From Stellaceae bacterium (lineage in GTDB: Bacteria; Pseudomonadota; Alphaproteobacteria; ATCC43930; CGMCC-115725), in NCBI GenBank assembly GCA_036273175.1, contig DASUIE010000154.1:1-62947 (forward strand): 62,947 nucleotides of DNA, in the 5' to 3' direction. This document shows, piece after piece, positions 37,260 through 48,645 of this stretch (the stretch's first letter is position 1; each line of letters starts with the position of its first letter). Position numbers and translations under genes: made by a program. The notes under the pieces are model-generated. The model worked only from the letters and a program-made list of their open reading frames with translations. It was not told the DNA's origin and searched no databases.

Positions 37260-39259
37260 ATCGGCACGACGTTATCGCCCGCTCCCGGCGGTGCGCGGCG
37301 GATCGCGGCGTACACCTCCGCGGCCAGCTCGGCCAGCCGAAACGGCTTTTTGATCAGCGGATCGCCGCCGGGATTGTGCTCGGGGCGGGCCAAATCGGCG
37401 TATCCGGTTACATAAAGCACCCGTAAGCCGGGGTGGACTTCACGTGCGCGCCGCGCCGTCTCGATGCCGTTGAGGCCCGGCATCGCCACGTCGATCAGGA
37501 GCAAGTCGTAGACCTCGCCGCGCGAGAGCGCATCGAGCGCGGCATGACCGCTCTCCGCTTCGGCCACTCCGTAGCCGAGCTCGCGCAGCATCTGGGCGCT
37601 TACATCGCGCACCGCCGCGTTATCGTCGACGACGAGGATGCGCCCACTGATACGCTCGCCGCTCGCGTGCTCGCCGGCGGCCTCGCCCGCATCGGCCACG
37701 ACGGCCGTGCTCGGCAGGTAGAGATGGACCGAGGTTCCGACACCCGGGCGGCTCTCGATCCGCATCGTCCCGTTCGACTGCTGCACCATGCCGTAAACCT
37801 GGCTGAGGCCGAGCCCGCTGCCCTTGCCCAGCTCCTTGGTGGTGAAGAAGGGCTCGACCGCGGCGGCGAGAACCTCCTCGCTCATGCCGGTGCCGGTGTC
37901 GCGCACGGTCAGCGAGATGCAGTTGTCTTCGCCGAGCTCGGCGGGAAAGTTTCCCTGCCCGCGGCGCAGGTTTCGGGTCTCGATCGTCAGCGTTCCGCCG
38001 AGCGGCATCGCGTCGCGCGCGTTGATCGCGAGGTTGAGGATCGCGACCTCGATTTGCGTCGGGTCGACCAGTGCCGGCCACAGGCCGCGCGCCAGCACCG
38101 TCGTGACCCGAATCGTCGTGCCGATCGTCCGCGTCAGCAGCTCGCGCATGCCCTCGACGACGGAGTTGAGATCGACGGCCCGTGGCTGAAGGTGCTGGCG
38201 GCGCGAGAAGGCAAGCAGCTGCTCGGTGAGCTTGGCGCCGGTCTCCGCCGCTCGCTGGGCCGCCACGAGAAATCGGGACGCCGCCGGGTCGTTGGCAAGG
38301 CGCGGGGTCAGAAGATCGAGGTTGCCGACCACGGCGGTCAGCAGATTGTTGAAATCGTGCGCGACCCCGCCGGTGAGCTGGCCGACCGCCTCCATCTTCT
38401 GCGACTGGCGCAGCCGCTCCTCCATCGCCACCCGCTCGGTGAGGTCGCGCGCGGTGGCCATGATGTAATGGTCGCCCTCCGGGCGTTCCGGCACGAGCAC
38501 GAACATCACATCGATCGTGCGCGTGACCCCGGCCATCGTGCGCCGTGCGGTGTAGCGCTGGTTTTCGCCGGTGGCGATGCAGGCGCGCATCAGACGCTGC
38601 GGCAGCTGCGCCGGCTCGACCCCGAGAATTTCCTCAAGCGGGCGGCCGATGACCTGGTCGCGGTTGAGGCCGTAAGCGATTTCGGTAGCGCGGTTCATGT
38701 CTTTATAGACGAACCGACCGTCAGCGGTGGCGCGGAACAGGGTCAGCCAATCCGGCGAGTTGTCGAAGATCGCCTGCATCTGCGCGCGGCTGGCGTCGAG
38801 GGCGCGGCCCCGCCGGGCGGCGCGCCGCCCGAGGCGCTGATTGAGGTCGCGCAGGCGCTGCTCGGCGATTTCCTCGTTGCGGCGGCGGCGCGTGCTGTCG
38901 ATCGAGATGCCGAGCATGCGAGCCGGCATCCCGTCGGGGCCGGCGACCACCTGCCCGAGAAGAACCACCCAGCGCGGTTCGAGCTCCGGCGAACTAAGCC
39001 GCACCTCGATGCGCATCGGACCCGGACGGCTGCGGAACTCCGCGAAAGCCTGTTCGGCCGCGGCCCGCTCGGTCTCGTGGATTGCTGCGATCAAGCGCGG
39101 ATAGAGATCCTCCCCGCTATCCGGGGTCAGGCCGAGATTGCGATACATTTGGGCAGACCAGAGCATCCGCCCGGTCGAGAGGTGCCAGGACCAAGTCCCG
39201 ATCTCGCCGGCCTCGAGCGCTTCCTCGTACTGGTCCGCCATCGGGTCCATGGCTTGCAT
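37238..39259 (-). CDS. PAS-domain hybrid sensor histidine kinase / response regulator
   Basis: Two PAS-like regions, H-box GGVAHDFNNLLTAV, an HATPase domain (DTGTGM, GSGLGLS), and a C-terminal receiver (ILVVDDN...LLLIDVAMPGLNG). The start is uncertain: ATG at 39259, 39250 or 39241, or TTG at 39301. Confidence 0.85.
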   Translation of the reverse strand: MQAMDPMADQYEEALEAGEIGTWSWHLSTGRMLWSAQMYRNLGLTPDSGEDLYPRLIAAIHETERAAAEQAFAEFRSRPGPMRIEVRLSSPELEPRWVVLLGQVVAGPDGMPARMLGISIDSTRRRRNEEIAEQRLRDLNQRLGRRAARRGRALDASRAQMQAIFDNSPDWLTLFRATADGRFVYKDMNRATEIAYGLNRDQVIGRPLEEILGVEPAQLPQRLMRACIATGENQRYTARRTMAGVTRTIDVMFVLVPERPEGDHYIMATARDLTERVAMEERLRQSQKMEAVGQLTGGVAHDFNNLLTAVVGNLDLLTPRLANDPAASRFLVAAQRAAETGAKLTEQLLAFSRRQHLQPRAVDLNSVVEGMRELLTRTIGTTIRVTTVLARGLWPALVDPTQIEVAILNLAINARDAMPLGGTLTIETRNLRRGQGNFPAELGEDNCISLTVRDTGTGMSEEVLAAAVEPFFTTKELGKGSGLGLSQVYGMVQQSNGTMRIESRPGVGTSVHLYLPSTAVVADAGEAAGEHASGERISGRILVVDDNAAVRDVSAQMLRELGYGVAEAESGHAALDALSRGEVYDLLLIDVAMPGLNGIETARRAREVHPGLRVLYVTGYADLARPEHNPGGDPLIKKPFRLAELAAEVYAAIRRAPPGAGDNVVPIYPNSIA

Positions 39260-39387
39260 TATCGCGCGAACGCTCGACCGTAGCCTATCACGATGTGCCA
39301 AGCGAATTAGCTCGCATTAACCAACAATTTTATGGAAATGCGAACGTTTCCGGGGTGAAGTGCGCCGAGCTGAGGGGACGGGCCCGT

Positions 39388-39555
39388 ATGTTGCACATTT
39401 TCCTGATGCGGTCGGCCACGACACTCCTATCGGCGATTCTCGGCGGCGTCGGCGTCTTCTGCGTGATCGAGAGCTTTACGATGCCGGTCCTCGCCTTTCA
39501 CGCCCTGATCCTGCTCGCCACGGCGACGGCGATCGCCAGCCTTTCCCGGCGTTAG
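39388..39555 (+). CDS. possible small membrane protein (55 aa, 2 TM)
   Basis: [55 protein letters not shown] is hydrophobic. Only the last 55 codons of ORF 39082..39555 lie outside the kinase gene. The case for a real gene is weak. Confidence 0.35.
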   Translation: MLHIFLMRSATTLLSAILGGVGVFCVIESFTMPVLAFHALILLATATAIASLSRR

Positions 39556-39556
39556 C

Positions 39557-39583
39557 CCGGCGCGCGGTTCGGCCGCGCGCCGG
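39557..39583 (+). promoter_or_regulatory. 11-bp all-GC stem hairpin between the small ORF and purQ
   Basis: CCGGCGCGCGG (39557-39567), loop TTCGG, then CCGCGCGCCGG (39573-39583). No U-tract follows. Confidence 0.3.
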
Positions 39584-39658
39584 CGGCGACCGCCGGTCCT
39601 TGCGACGTGGCGGCGCGCGCGCTATGTGACCATCACTCCGTCACGAAGCGCGGTCCAC

Positions 39659-40344
39659 ATGAAAGCCGCCGTCGTCATCTTTCCGGGCTCCAACCGCGAG
39701 CGCGACGTGTGCCTCGCCCTCCGGCGGGCGACAGGCCACGAGCCGCTTTGCGTCTGGCATCGCGAGAGCGAATTGCCGGCCGCCGATCTGATCGTGCTGC
39801 CCGGCGGGTTCGCCTATGGCGACTATCTGCGCTGCGGGGCGATGGCCGCGCATTCCCCGATCATGCGCGAGGTCAAGGCCCGGTCCGAGCGGGGCACGCC
39901 GGTGCTCGGCATCTGCAACGGCTTCCAGGTGCTGACCGAGGCGGGGATGCTGCCCGGCGCGCTCCTCACCAACCGTACCCTGAACTTCATCTGCCGCGAC
40001 GTGCATCTGAGGGTAGAGACGAACCAGACGATCTTTACCTGCGGCTACGCGGCGGGACAGACGATCCGCGTGCCGGTCGCGCATCACGACGGCAACTATA
40101 CGGCCGACGCGGCGACCCTCGACGAGCTGGAGGATCGCGGCCTCGTCGCTTTCCGCTATTGCAATCCGCTGGGCGAGCTCGACGACGACGCCAACGTGAA
40201 CGGTTCGGCCCGCGCCATTGCCGGCATCTACAATCGGAGCCGCACGGTGCTCGGGCTGATGCCGCACCCCGAGAACGCGACCGATCCGCTCGCCGGCGGC
40301 ACCGATGGGCGCGGCTTGTTCGACGGCCTGGTCGGCGCGCTGCA

Positions 40345-40348
<4 letters not shown>
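39659..40348 (+). CDS. purQ: phosphoribosylformylglycinamidine synthase subunit PurQ (glutaminase)
   Basis: [16 protein letters not shown]..., [12 protein letters not shown], and the nucleophile context LGICNGFQ. Confidence 0.92.
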
Positions 40349-42540
<2,192 letters not shown>

Positions 42541-42564
42541 GCCGGTTTCGGCGAGGTGCCGTCG

Positions 42565-42801
42565 ATGGCGATGGACGCGGCGATGATCGAGCGGCTCATC
42601 AAGGAGAGCCTGCCGGATGCGCGGATCTCGATCGAGGATCTGCGCGGGGACGGCGATCACTACGCGGCGCATGTCGTATCCGGCGCCTTTCGCGGCAAGA
42701 CCCGGGTCCAGCAGCACCAGATGGTATACCAGGCCCTGCACGGCCGCATGGGCAACGAGCTTCACGCGCTCGCGCTGCAGACGAGCGCACCCGAGGAATA
42801 G
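42565..42801 (+). CDS. bolA: BolA-family protein
   Basis: ...[36 protein letters not shown]...LHALAL. The ATG at 42565 is preceded by a GAGG SD. The ORF-track start is a GTG at 42556. Confidence 0.85.
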   Translation: MAMDAAMIERLIKESLPDARISIEDLRGDGDHYAAHVVSGAFRGKTRVQQHQMVYQALHGRMGNELHALALQTSAPEE

Positions 42802-42827
42802 ACCGACTCAAGTCAAGGAACCCCGAG

Positions 42828-43160
42828 ATGGACATCGCCACCCACGAACGCATCCGCCAACAGATCGCCGAAACTCCCGTCGTCCTGTTCATGAAGGGCA
42901 CGCCGGTCTTTCCGCAGTGCGGGTTCTCGGCGGCGGTGGTGCAGATACTCAGCCATATGGGCGTCAAGTTCCGCGGTGTCGACGTGCTCTCCGACCCGTC
43001 GGTGCGCCAGGGCATCAAGGAGTTTTCGAACTGGCCGACGATCCCGCAGCTTTACGTCAAGGGCGAGTTCGTCGGGGGCTGCGACATCATCCGCGAGATG
43101 TTCGAGAACGGCGAGCTCCAGCAGATGCTCGAAGAAAAAGGCGTGCCCGTTCGGGCATAA
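42828..43160 (+). CDS. grxD: monothiol glutaredoxin (Grx4 family)
   Basis: 110 aa. [20 protein letters not shown] carries the CGFS active site, followed by [19 protein letters not shown]. Confidence 0.9.
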   Translation: MDIATHERIRQQIAETPVVLFMKGTPVFPQCGFSAAVVQILSHMGVKFRGVDVLSDPSVRQGIKEFSNWPTIPQLYVKGEFVGGCDIIREMFENGELQQMLEEKGVPVRA

Positions 43161-43185
43161 TTACGCGGCCGAGGCCGCCTGAGGA

Positions 43186-44565
43186 ATGGCGTTCGACGCC
43201 GTCTTCCTGTCCCGCCTGCAATGGGCATGGGTGATCGCGTGGCACATCTTGCTGCCGGCGTTCACGGTGGGCTTGGCCTCGTACATCGCGGTCCTCGAAG
43301 GCCTCTATTTCTTTACCGGGCGCGAGGTCTGGTTCCGCATCTCCGGTTTCTGGACGCGGATATTCGCGGTCTCGTTCGGGATGGGGGTCGTCTCCGGCAT
43401 CATCATGCCGTTCCAGTTCGGCACGAATTGGAGCCGCTTCACCGACGCCACCGCCGACATCGTCTCACCGCTTCTGGCCTATGAAGGGCTGATGGCGTTC
43501 TTCCTCGAGGCCTCGTTCCTCGGGGTGCTGCTGTTCGGCCGGCGCCTGGTGCCGCGCTTCGCGCATTTCATCGCCGCGATCATGGTGGCGGGCGGCACGC
43601 TGATGTCGTCGTTCTGGATTCTGTCGACCAATAGCTGGATGCAGACGCCGCAGGGCTACCGGATCGTCGACGGGCGGTTCGAGCCGGCCGATTGGCTGGC
43701 GATCGTCTTCAATCCGTCCTTCCCCTATCGGCTGGCGCACAACGTCGTCGCCTTCTACATCACCACCGGCTTCGTCGTGCTCGGGGTCGGCGCCTATCTC
43801 TTGCGCCGCGGCCGGGCCTACGAGGAGGCGCGGCTGATGGTGCGGATGGCGCTCGACCTCCTGATCGTGCTGGTCCCGCTGCAGATGTTCCTCGGCGACC
43901 AGCACGGCCTCAACACGCTCGAATACCAGCCGGCCAAGCTGGCCGCGATCGAGGGTCGCTACGATACGGCGCAGCCGGCGCCGCTGACCCTGTTCGGCAT
44001 TCCCGACGACGCGGCCGCGGTGATGCGCTATCCGGTCGAAATCCCGGAGATCGGCAGCCTGATCCTGACCCACTCCTGGAACGGCAAGATCAGGGGCTTG
44101 AAGGAATGGCCGCCCGACCAGCGCCCACCGGTCGGCCCGCCTTTCTTTGCGTTTCGCATCATGGTCGGGATCGCATTCATCATGCTGATCGTCGCGGTCG
44201 CGGGGCAGCTCATGCGGATCGGCGGCCGCTTGTATCGGTCGCGCTGGTTTCTATGGCTGTGCCGGTGGACGGCGCCGCTCGGTTTCATCGCCGTTATCGC
44301 CGGGTGGACCACGACCGAGGTCGGGCGACAGCCCTGGACCGTCTACGGCCTGCTGCGCACCGCCGACTCGGTGACGCCGTCGCTGAGCGCCGGCGACGTG
44401 GCCACCTCGCTGGCCTTTTATGTCGTGGTTTACCTGCTGATGTTCCCGACCGGCATCGCGATGATGGCGGGCATCGTGCGCCGCGGCTTTCAGGACGCGA
44501 ACCTCGACGCCGCCCCGGTCGAGGCCGGCCGGCCGGACCGGCCCTTTACCAACGCCGCGCCATGA
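43186..44565 (+). CDS. cydA: cytochrome bd-type ubiquinol oxidase subunit I (short Q-loop, CIO-like length)
   Basis: 459 aa. ...RLQWAWVIAWHILLPAFTVGL...GIIMPFQFGTNWSRF... is a typical CydA/CioA sequence. The length suggests the short-Q-loop (cyanide-insensitive oxidase) subtype. Confidence 0.9.
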   Translation: MAFDAVFLSRLQWAWVIAWHILLPAFTVGLASYIAVLEGLYFFTGREVWFRISGFWTRIFAVSFGMGVVSGIIMPFQFGTNWSRFTDATADIVSPLLAYEGLMAFFLEASFLGVLLFGRRLVPRFAHFIAAIMVAGGTLMSSFWILSTNSWMQTPQGYRIVDGRFEPADWLAIVFNPSFPYRLAHNVVAFYITTGFVVLGVGAYLLRRGRAYEEARLMVRMALDLLIVLVPLQMFLGDQHGLNTLEYQPAKLAAIEGRYDTAQPAPLTLFGIPDDAAAVMRYPVEIPEIGSLILTHSWNGKIRGLKEWPPDQRPPVGPPFFAFRIMVGIAFIMLIVAVAGQLMRIGGRLYRSRWFLWLCRWTAPLGFIAVIAGWTTTEVGRQPWTVYGLLRTADSVTPSLSAGDVATSLAFYVVVYLLMFPTGIAMMAGIVRRGFQDANLDAAPVEAGRPDRPFTNAAP

Positions 44566-45566
44566 GCCTCGACCTCGTCCCGCTCTGGACGTTTCTGCTC
44601 GGCCTCGCCGTCTTCTACTACGTCGTGTTCGACGGTTTCGACCTGGGGGTCGGCATTCTCTACGGCTTCGCGCGCGACGAGGCCGCCCGGCACACGATGA
44701 TGAACTCGATCGCGCCGATCTGGGACGGCAACGAGACCTGGCTGGTATTCGGCGGGCTGGGGCTGCTCGCCGCGTTTCCGCTGGCCTTCTCGATCATCAT
44801 CCCAGGCGTGTATTTTCCGATCCTGGTGATGCTGCTCTCGCTGGTGTTCCGCGGCGTCGCCTTCGAGTTCCGCTTCAACGGCCCGTTGGTCCGGCGGTTC
44901 TGGGACCGTGCCTTTCCGGCCGGCTCGGCTCTCGCGACCTTTGCCCAGGGTGTCGTGCTCGGCAGCTTCATCCAGGGGTTCAGGGTCGACGGCCGCCATT
45001 TCGCCGGCGGCTCGTTCGATTGGGCGACCCCGTTTGCGCTGCTGACCGGGGTGGCGCTGATGTTCGGGTACGGGCTTCTGGGCGCCGGGTGGCTGGTCCT
45101 CAAGACCGAGGGCGAGTTGCAGCGCTGGTCGCGCCGGGCCGGACGGATCTGTCTTTTCGCGGTGCTGGTCGCCATCGCCGCTGTCAGCATCTGGACCCCC
45201 TATGCCAAGCCGCAGATCGCCCAACGCTGGTTCGCCTGGCCCAACATCCTGTTCCTTTCGCCGGTGCCGATCGTCACCGCGGCGGTCGCGCTGTTCGAGT
45301 GGCATGTGCTGGGCCGGCGGCATGAGATGGCGCCCTTCGTCGGCGCGGTCATCCTCTTCCTGCTGTCGTTTCTCGGCATCGCGATCAGCCTGTGGCCGAT
45401 GATCGTGCCGTACCACTATTCGCTGTGGCAGGCCGCCTCGTCGGAAAGTACCCAGGCGTTTCTGCTGATCGGCACGCTGTTTCTGCTGCCGGTCATCCTG
45501 ATGTACACGGCCTGGTCCTACTGGGTGTTCCGCGGCAAGGTCAAAGCCGATATCGGCTACCACTAG
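44562..45566 (+). CDS. cydB: cytochrome bd-type ubiquinol oxidase subunit II
   Basis: 334 aa from MSLDLVPLWTFLLGLAVFYYVVFDGFDLGVGIL. ATGA overlap with the subunit I stop. Confidence 0.9.
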   Translation: MSLDLVPLWTFLLGLAVFYYVVFDGFDLGVGILYGFARDEAARHTMMNSIAPIWDGNETWLVFGGLGLLAAFPLAFSIIIPGVYFPILVMLLSLVFRGVAFEFRFNGPLVRRFWDRAFPAGSALATFAQGVVLGSFIQGFRVDGRHFAGGSFDWATPFALLTGVALMFGYGLLGAGWLVLKTEGELQRWSRRAGRICLFAVLVAIAAVSIWTPYAKPQIAQRWFAWPNILFLSPVPIVTAAVALFEWHVLGRRHEMAPFVGAVILFLLSFLGIAISLWPMIVPYHYSLWQAASSESTQAFLLIGTLFLLPVILMYTAWSYWVFRGKVKADIGYH

Positions 45567-46210
45567 GCCGGATCGAGGAACTCGACCGGCGCGGCGCTGT
45601 CCTCATGCTCCTGCGGGAGATAGCCCGGCTGCGCGCCGACGCGACGCAGCCAGTCGCTTAGCGCCGGATAAGGCGCCAGATCGAAGCCGCCTTCCTCCGC
45701 CGTATGCGTATAGGCGTAGAGCGCGATATCCGCGATCGTGTAACGGTCGCCGGCAAACCACCGGTTGGCGTCGAGATGGGCGTTCATGACGGACAGCGCA
45801 TGACAGCCGCGCTGACGGTTGGCGGGCACGCGTGACATCAACGTGGCGCGCTCCGCTTCGGGGGCGTAGCGAAGGATATAGCGGTTCACCGCGATATAGG
45901 GCTCGTGGCTGTACTGCTCGAAGAACATCCAGCGCAGCATCTGGGCCTGGTCCCAGGGATCGGCGGCGGCGAACGGGGTTTCCCGCGCGAGGTAAAACAG
46001 GATCGCGCCGGATTCCGAGAGCACCCTTCCGTCCTCGAACCGCAGCGTCGGCACCTTGCCGATCGGATTGACCGCGCGAAAGGCGGGGTGGCTCCCCTCG
46101 CCGCGCATCTGCGCGACATCGACCCGGCGATGCGGGATGCCGAGATGCGACAGCAGCAGCCGGACCTTGTAGACGTTGCCCGACTCGAGATCGCCATAGA
46201 GGGTCAGCAT
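45563..46210 (-). CDS. glutathione S-transferase family protein
   Basis: 215 aa from MLTLYGDLESGNVYKVRLLL...NPIGKVPTL...ESGAILFYLA (GST N-domain) plus a C-terminal helical domain. Confidence 0.8.
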   Translation of the reverse strand: MLTLYGDLESGNVYKVRLLLSHLGIPHRRVDVAQMRGEGSHPAFRAVNPIGKVPTLRFEDGRVLSESGAILFYLARETPFAAADPWDQAQMLRWMFFEQYSHEPYIAVNRYILRYAPEAERATLMSRVPANRQRGCHALSVMNAHLDANRWFAGDRYTIADIALYAYTHTAEEGGFDLAPYPALSDWLRRVGAQPGYLPQEHEDSAAPVEFLDPA

Positions 46211-46246
46211 CTGATCCTCCGCCGAAAGTCCTTTAGGCCCTCCACC

Positions 46247-46274
46247 TTGCACGGCGGTGCCCGATCTGTATAGT
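46247..46274 (+). promoter_or_regulatory. putative sigma70-type promoter of rpsF-rpsR(-rplI)
   Basis: TTGCAC (46247-46252), a 16-nt spacer, then TATAGT (46269-46274), about 85 nt upstream of the rpsF ATG. Identified by sequence inspection only. Confidence 0.45.
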
Positions 46275-46358
46275 GCGCGGCTCCCTTGCCGGCCGGTCCC
46301 AACCCCGCGCCGGCTGAACCCGGTTTCCGGGTCGCCGCAACCACAAGGGGCTGACCGA

Positions 46359-46823
46359 ATGCCGCTCTACGAGAATGTCTTTATCGCGCGCCAGGATATC
46401 TCCGGCGCCCAGGCCGAAGCGCTCGCCGACCAGTTCACCCAGCTGATCGCGGATCAAGGGGGCGAGGTCAAGAAGCGCGAATATTGGGGCCTCAGAAATC
46501 TCGCCTACCGCATGAACAAGAACCGCAAGGGCCACTACGTGCTCTTCAACATCGAGGCGCCGGCGCCGGCGGTCGCCGAGCTCGAGCGCACGATGCGGAT
46601 CAACGAGGACGTGCTGCGCTACCTGACCGTGCGGGTCAACGAGCTCGACGAAAACCCGTCCGCGGTGATGCAGAACCGCGGCAGCCGCGAAGACCGTCCG
46701 CGCCGCGGCGACCGCGACCGGTACGGCGAGGACCGGCCCTATGACGACCGTCCGCGCGAGGACAGGCCCCGCGAGGACAGGCCGCGCGAGGAGAGGCCGC
46801 GCGAAGAACGGGTGGAGGCGTAA
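46359..46823 (+). CDS. rpsF: 30S ribosomal protein S6 with a repetitive charged C-terminal tail
   Basis: [26 protein letters not shown]...[24 protein letters not shown] is a classic S6 sequence. The tail contains DRPRE-type repeats. Confidence 0.92.
   Translation: MPLYENVFIARQDISGAQAEALADQFTQLIADQGGEVKKREYWGLRNLAYRMNKNRKGHYVLFNIEAPAPAVAELERTMRINEDVLRYLTVRVNELDENPSAVMQNRGSREDRPRRGDRDRYGEDRPYDDRPREDRPREDRPREERPREERVEA
46746..46805 (+). repeat. four tandem 15-nt repeats inside rpsF encoding (D/E)RPRE
   Basis: gaccgtccgcgcgag / gacaggccccgcgag / gacaggccgcgcgag / gagaggccgcgcgaa, in frame with rpsF. Confidence 0.9.
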
Positions 46824-47093
46824 ATGGAAAGCCAAGGCTCCGGCCCCGGCGGCCGCCCGGGGATGGCGGCGCGCCGCCCGTTTTTCCGCCGCCGCAAATC
46901 GTGCCCATTCTCGGGCCCGAACGCGCCCAGGATCGACTACAAAGACACACGCCTCTTGCAGCGCTTCATCTCCGAACGCGGCAAGATCGTGCCGAGCCGC
47001 ATCACCGCGGTGTCGACCAAAAAGCAGCGCGAGCTGTCCCGCGCGATCAAGCGCGCGCGGTTTCTCGGCCTGCTTCCCTACATGGTGAAATAG
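46824..47093 (+). CDS. rpsR: 30S ribosomal protein S18
   Basis: 89 aa. ...[65 protein letters not shown]. Confidence 0.92.
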   Translation: MESQGSGPGGRPGMAARRPFFRRRKSCPFSGPNAPRIDYKDTRLLQRFISERGKIVPSRITAVSTKKQRELSRAIKRARFLGLLPYMVK

Positions 47094-47106
47094 GGCGGGC
47101 GCTCGC

Positions 47107-48042
47107 ATGGGCCGGCTCGCGGCAGTGGCGGCGGCGGTCCTGCTGGGGGCCGCCGGCGGCGGTCTTTACCTGACGGTGCTGCTCGGCTCGCCGGGCGCGC
47201 TGATCCTCGTTTATCTGACGCAATTGCCGCTCTTCGCCGCTGGGCTGTGGCTCGGCGCCGGCGCCGCCGTGATTGCCGGCGCCACCGCGGCGGCAATGCT
47301 GCTGGCGGCGAGCGATTTTATGGCGGCGGCCGTCTTCGCCGTGATCAACGCGGTGCCGGTGGCGCTCCTGGTGCGCCAAGCGCTGCTCGCCCGCCAGCAG
47401 CCCGACGGGAGCGCCGCGTGGTATCCGCCGGGGCTGCTGACGGCGTGGCTGACCGCGCTGGCGCTCGCCGGGATCGCCGGCGCGGCCTTCGTGTTCGGCG
47501 GGCCGGCGCAGCTCCATGCCTCACTCGCCACGATCGTCGGCCACGCGCTCGGACGGCTGTCCTATCGCGGCGGCGCCGACCAGGCCGAGATCGCCGATGC
47601 GCTGGCGCTCGTGATCCCCGGCATCGTCGCCGCCTCCTGGATGGTCATGGCGGTGATCAACGCCGCTCTCGCCCAAGGCGTGCTCGCCCGCTTCAAGGTG
47701 AACTGGCGCCCCTCCCCCGATCTCGCCGCGCTCGATCTGCCGATGTGGATCCCGCTGGCGCTCGCGGTCGCGGCCGCGCTGACCCTGTTCGGGGATGTCG
47801 GGCGGTTCTTCGGGGTCAACGCGATCGTCGCCTTGACCGTGCCGTTCTGCCTGGCCGGCCTTGCCGTGCTTCACGCCGTCGCGCGGCGCCTGTCGAACCC
47901 GCGCATCGCGCTCGTCGTCTTCTATGTGCTGGCCGGATTGTTCGGCTGGCCTCTCCTTGCCGCCACCGCGCTCGGCCTCGTCGAGCCCTGGCTCGGGCTG
48001 CGGCGCCGCCTCGCACCGCTCAAAGGAAACTCCCATGGTTGA
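47107..48042 (+). CDS. DUF2232-like integral membrane protein
   Basis: 311-aa polytopic Ala/Leu-rich membrane protein in the conserved alphaproteobacterial position between rpsR and rplI. Confidence 0.6.
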   Translation: MGRLAAVAAAVLLGAAGGGLYLTVLLGSPGALILVYLTQLPLFAAGLWLGAGAAVIAGATAAAMLLAASDFMAAAVFAVINAVPVALLVRQALLARQQPDGSAAWYPPGLLTAWLTALALAGIAGAAFVFGGPAQLHASLATIVGHALGRLSYRGGADQAEIADALALVIPGIVAASWMVMAVINAALAQGVLARFKVNWRPSPDLAALDLPMWIPLALAVAAALTLFGDVGRFFGVNAIVALTVPFCLAGLAVLHAVARRLSNPRIALVVFYVLAGLFGWPLLAATALGLVEPWLGLRRRLAPLKGNSHG

Positions 48043-48595
48043 TCTGATTCTGCTCGAACGCGTCGAGCACCTCGGCCAGATGGGGCAGATCGTCAAGGTC
48101 AGGCCCGGCTACGCCCGCAACTTTCTGCTGCCGCAGAAAAAGGCGATGCGCGCGACCAAGGACAACCTCGCCTATTTCGAGACTCAGCGCGCCCAGCTCG
48201 AAGCGCAGAACCTGAAGCGGAAGGGGGAGGCCGAGGAGGTCGGCGCCAAGCTCGAAGGGCTGAAGGTCGTGCTGATCCGGCAGGCCGGAGAAAGCGGCCA
48301 GCTTTACGGTTCGGTCGCGGCGCGCGACATCTCCGACGCGGTCACCGCCGCCGGGTTTACGGTCGACCGCCAGCAGATCGTTCTCGACCGGCCGATCAAG
48401 ACCTTAGGGCTGCACCCGATCAAGGTAGCGCTCCATCCGGAGGTCTCGGTGACCGTGACGGCCAATGTCGCGCAATCCGAGGAAGGCGCGAAAATGCAGG
48501 CCGCGGGGATCGATCCTCGGGCAATGCGCGACGAGGATGAGGACGAGGAGGAAGCGGCGCCGGCGGCCGAGCCGGAGACCGAAGCGGAGGCCTGA
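48035..48595 (+). CDS. rplI: 50S ribosomal protein L9 with an acidic C-terminal extension
   Basis: [37 protein letters not shown]... is a classic L9 N-domain. The start overlaps the upstream gene by 8 nt. Confidence 0.92.
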   Translation: MVDLILLERVEHLGQMGQIVKVRPGYARNFLLPQKKAMRATKDNLAYFETQRAQLEAQNLKRKGEAEEVGAKLEGLKVVLIRQAGESGQLYGSVAARDISDAVTAAGFTVDRQQIVLDRPIKTLGLHPIKVALHPEVSVTVTANVAQSEEGAKMQAAGIDPRAMRDEDEDEEEAAPAAEPETEAEA

Positions 48596-48645
48596 CGCTC
48601 CCAACTACTTGTGCGGATGGAGGTATTGGGCGGATATTAGCGGCG

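Noticed and set aside
39082-39387. Upstream two-thirds of ORF 39082..39555 (157 aa), considered as a real protein.
   Set aside because: This part is antisense to the 5' end of the histidine kinase gene and is Arg/Ser-rich. Only the terminal 55 hydrophobic codons lie in intergenic DNA, and even those receive low confidence.
43165-43178. Short hairpin GCGGCC-GA-GGCCGC between grxD and cydA, considered as an intrinsic terminator.
   Set aside because: The stem is only about 5-6 bp with a minimal loop and no U-tract, and it lies directly against the cydA SD. That is too weak to call a terminator.
46746-46805. Considered whether the regular 15-nt repeats, or any other repeats, could be a CRISPR array.
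   Set aside because: The units are contiguous with no spacers, in frame inside rpsF, and only 15 nt long. I saw no repeat-spacer architecture anywhere in the window.
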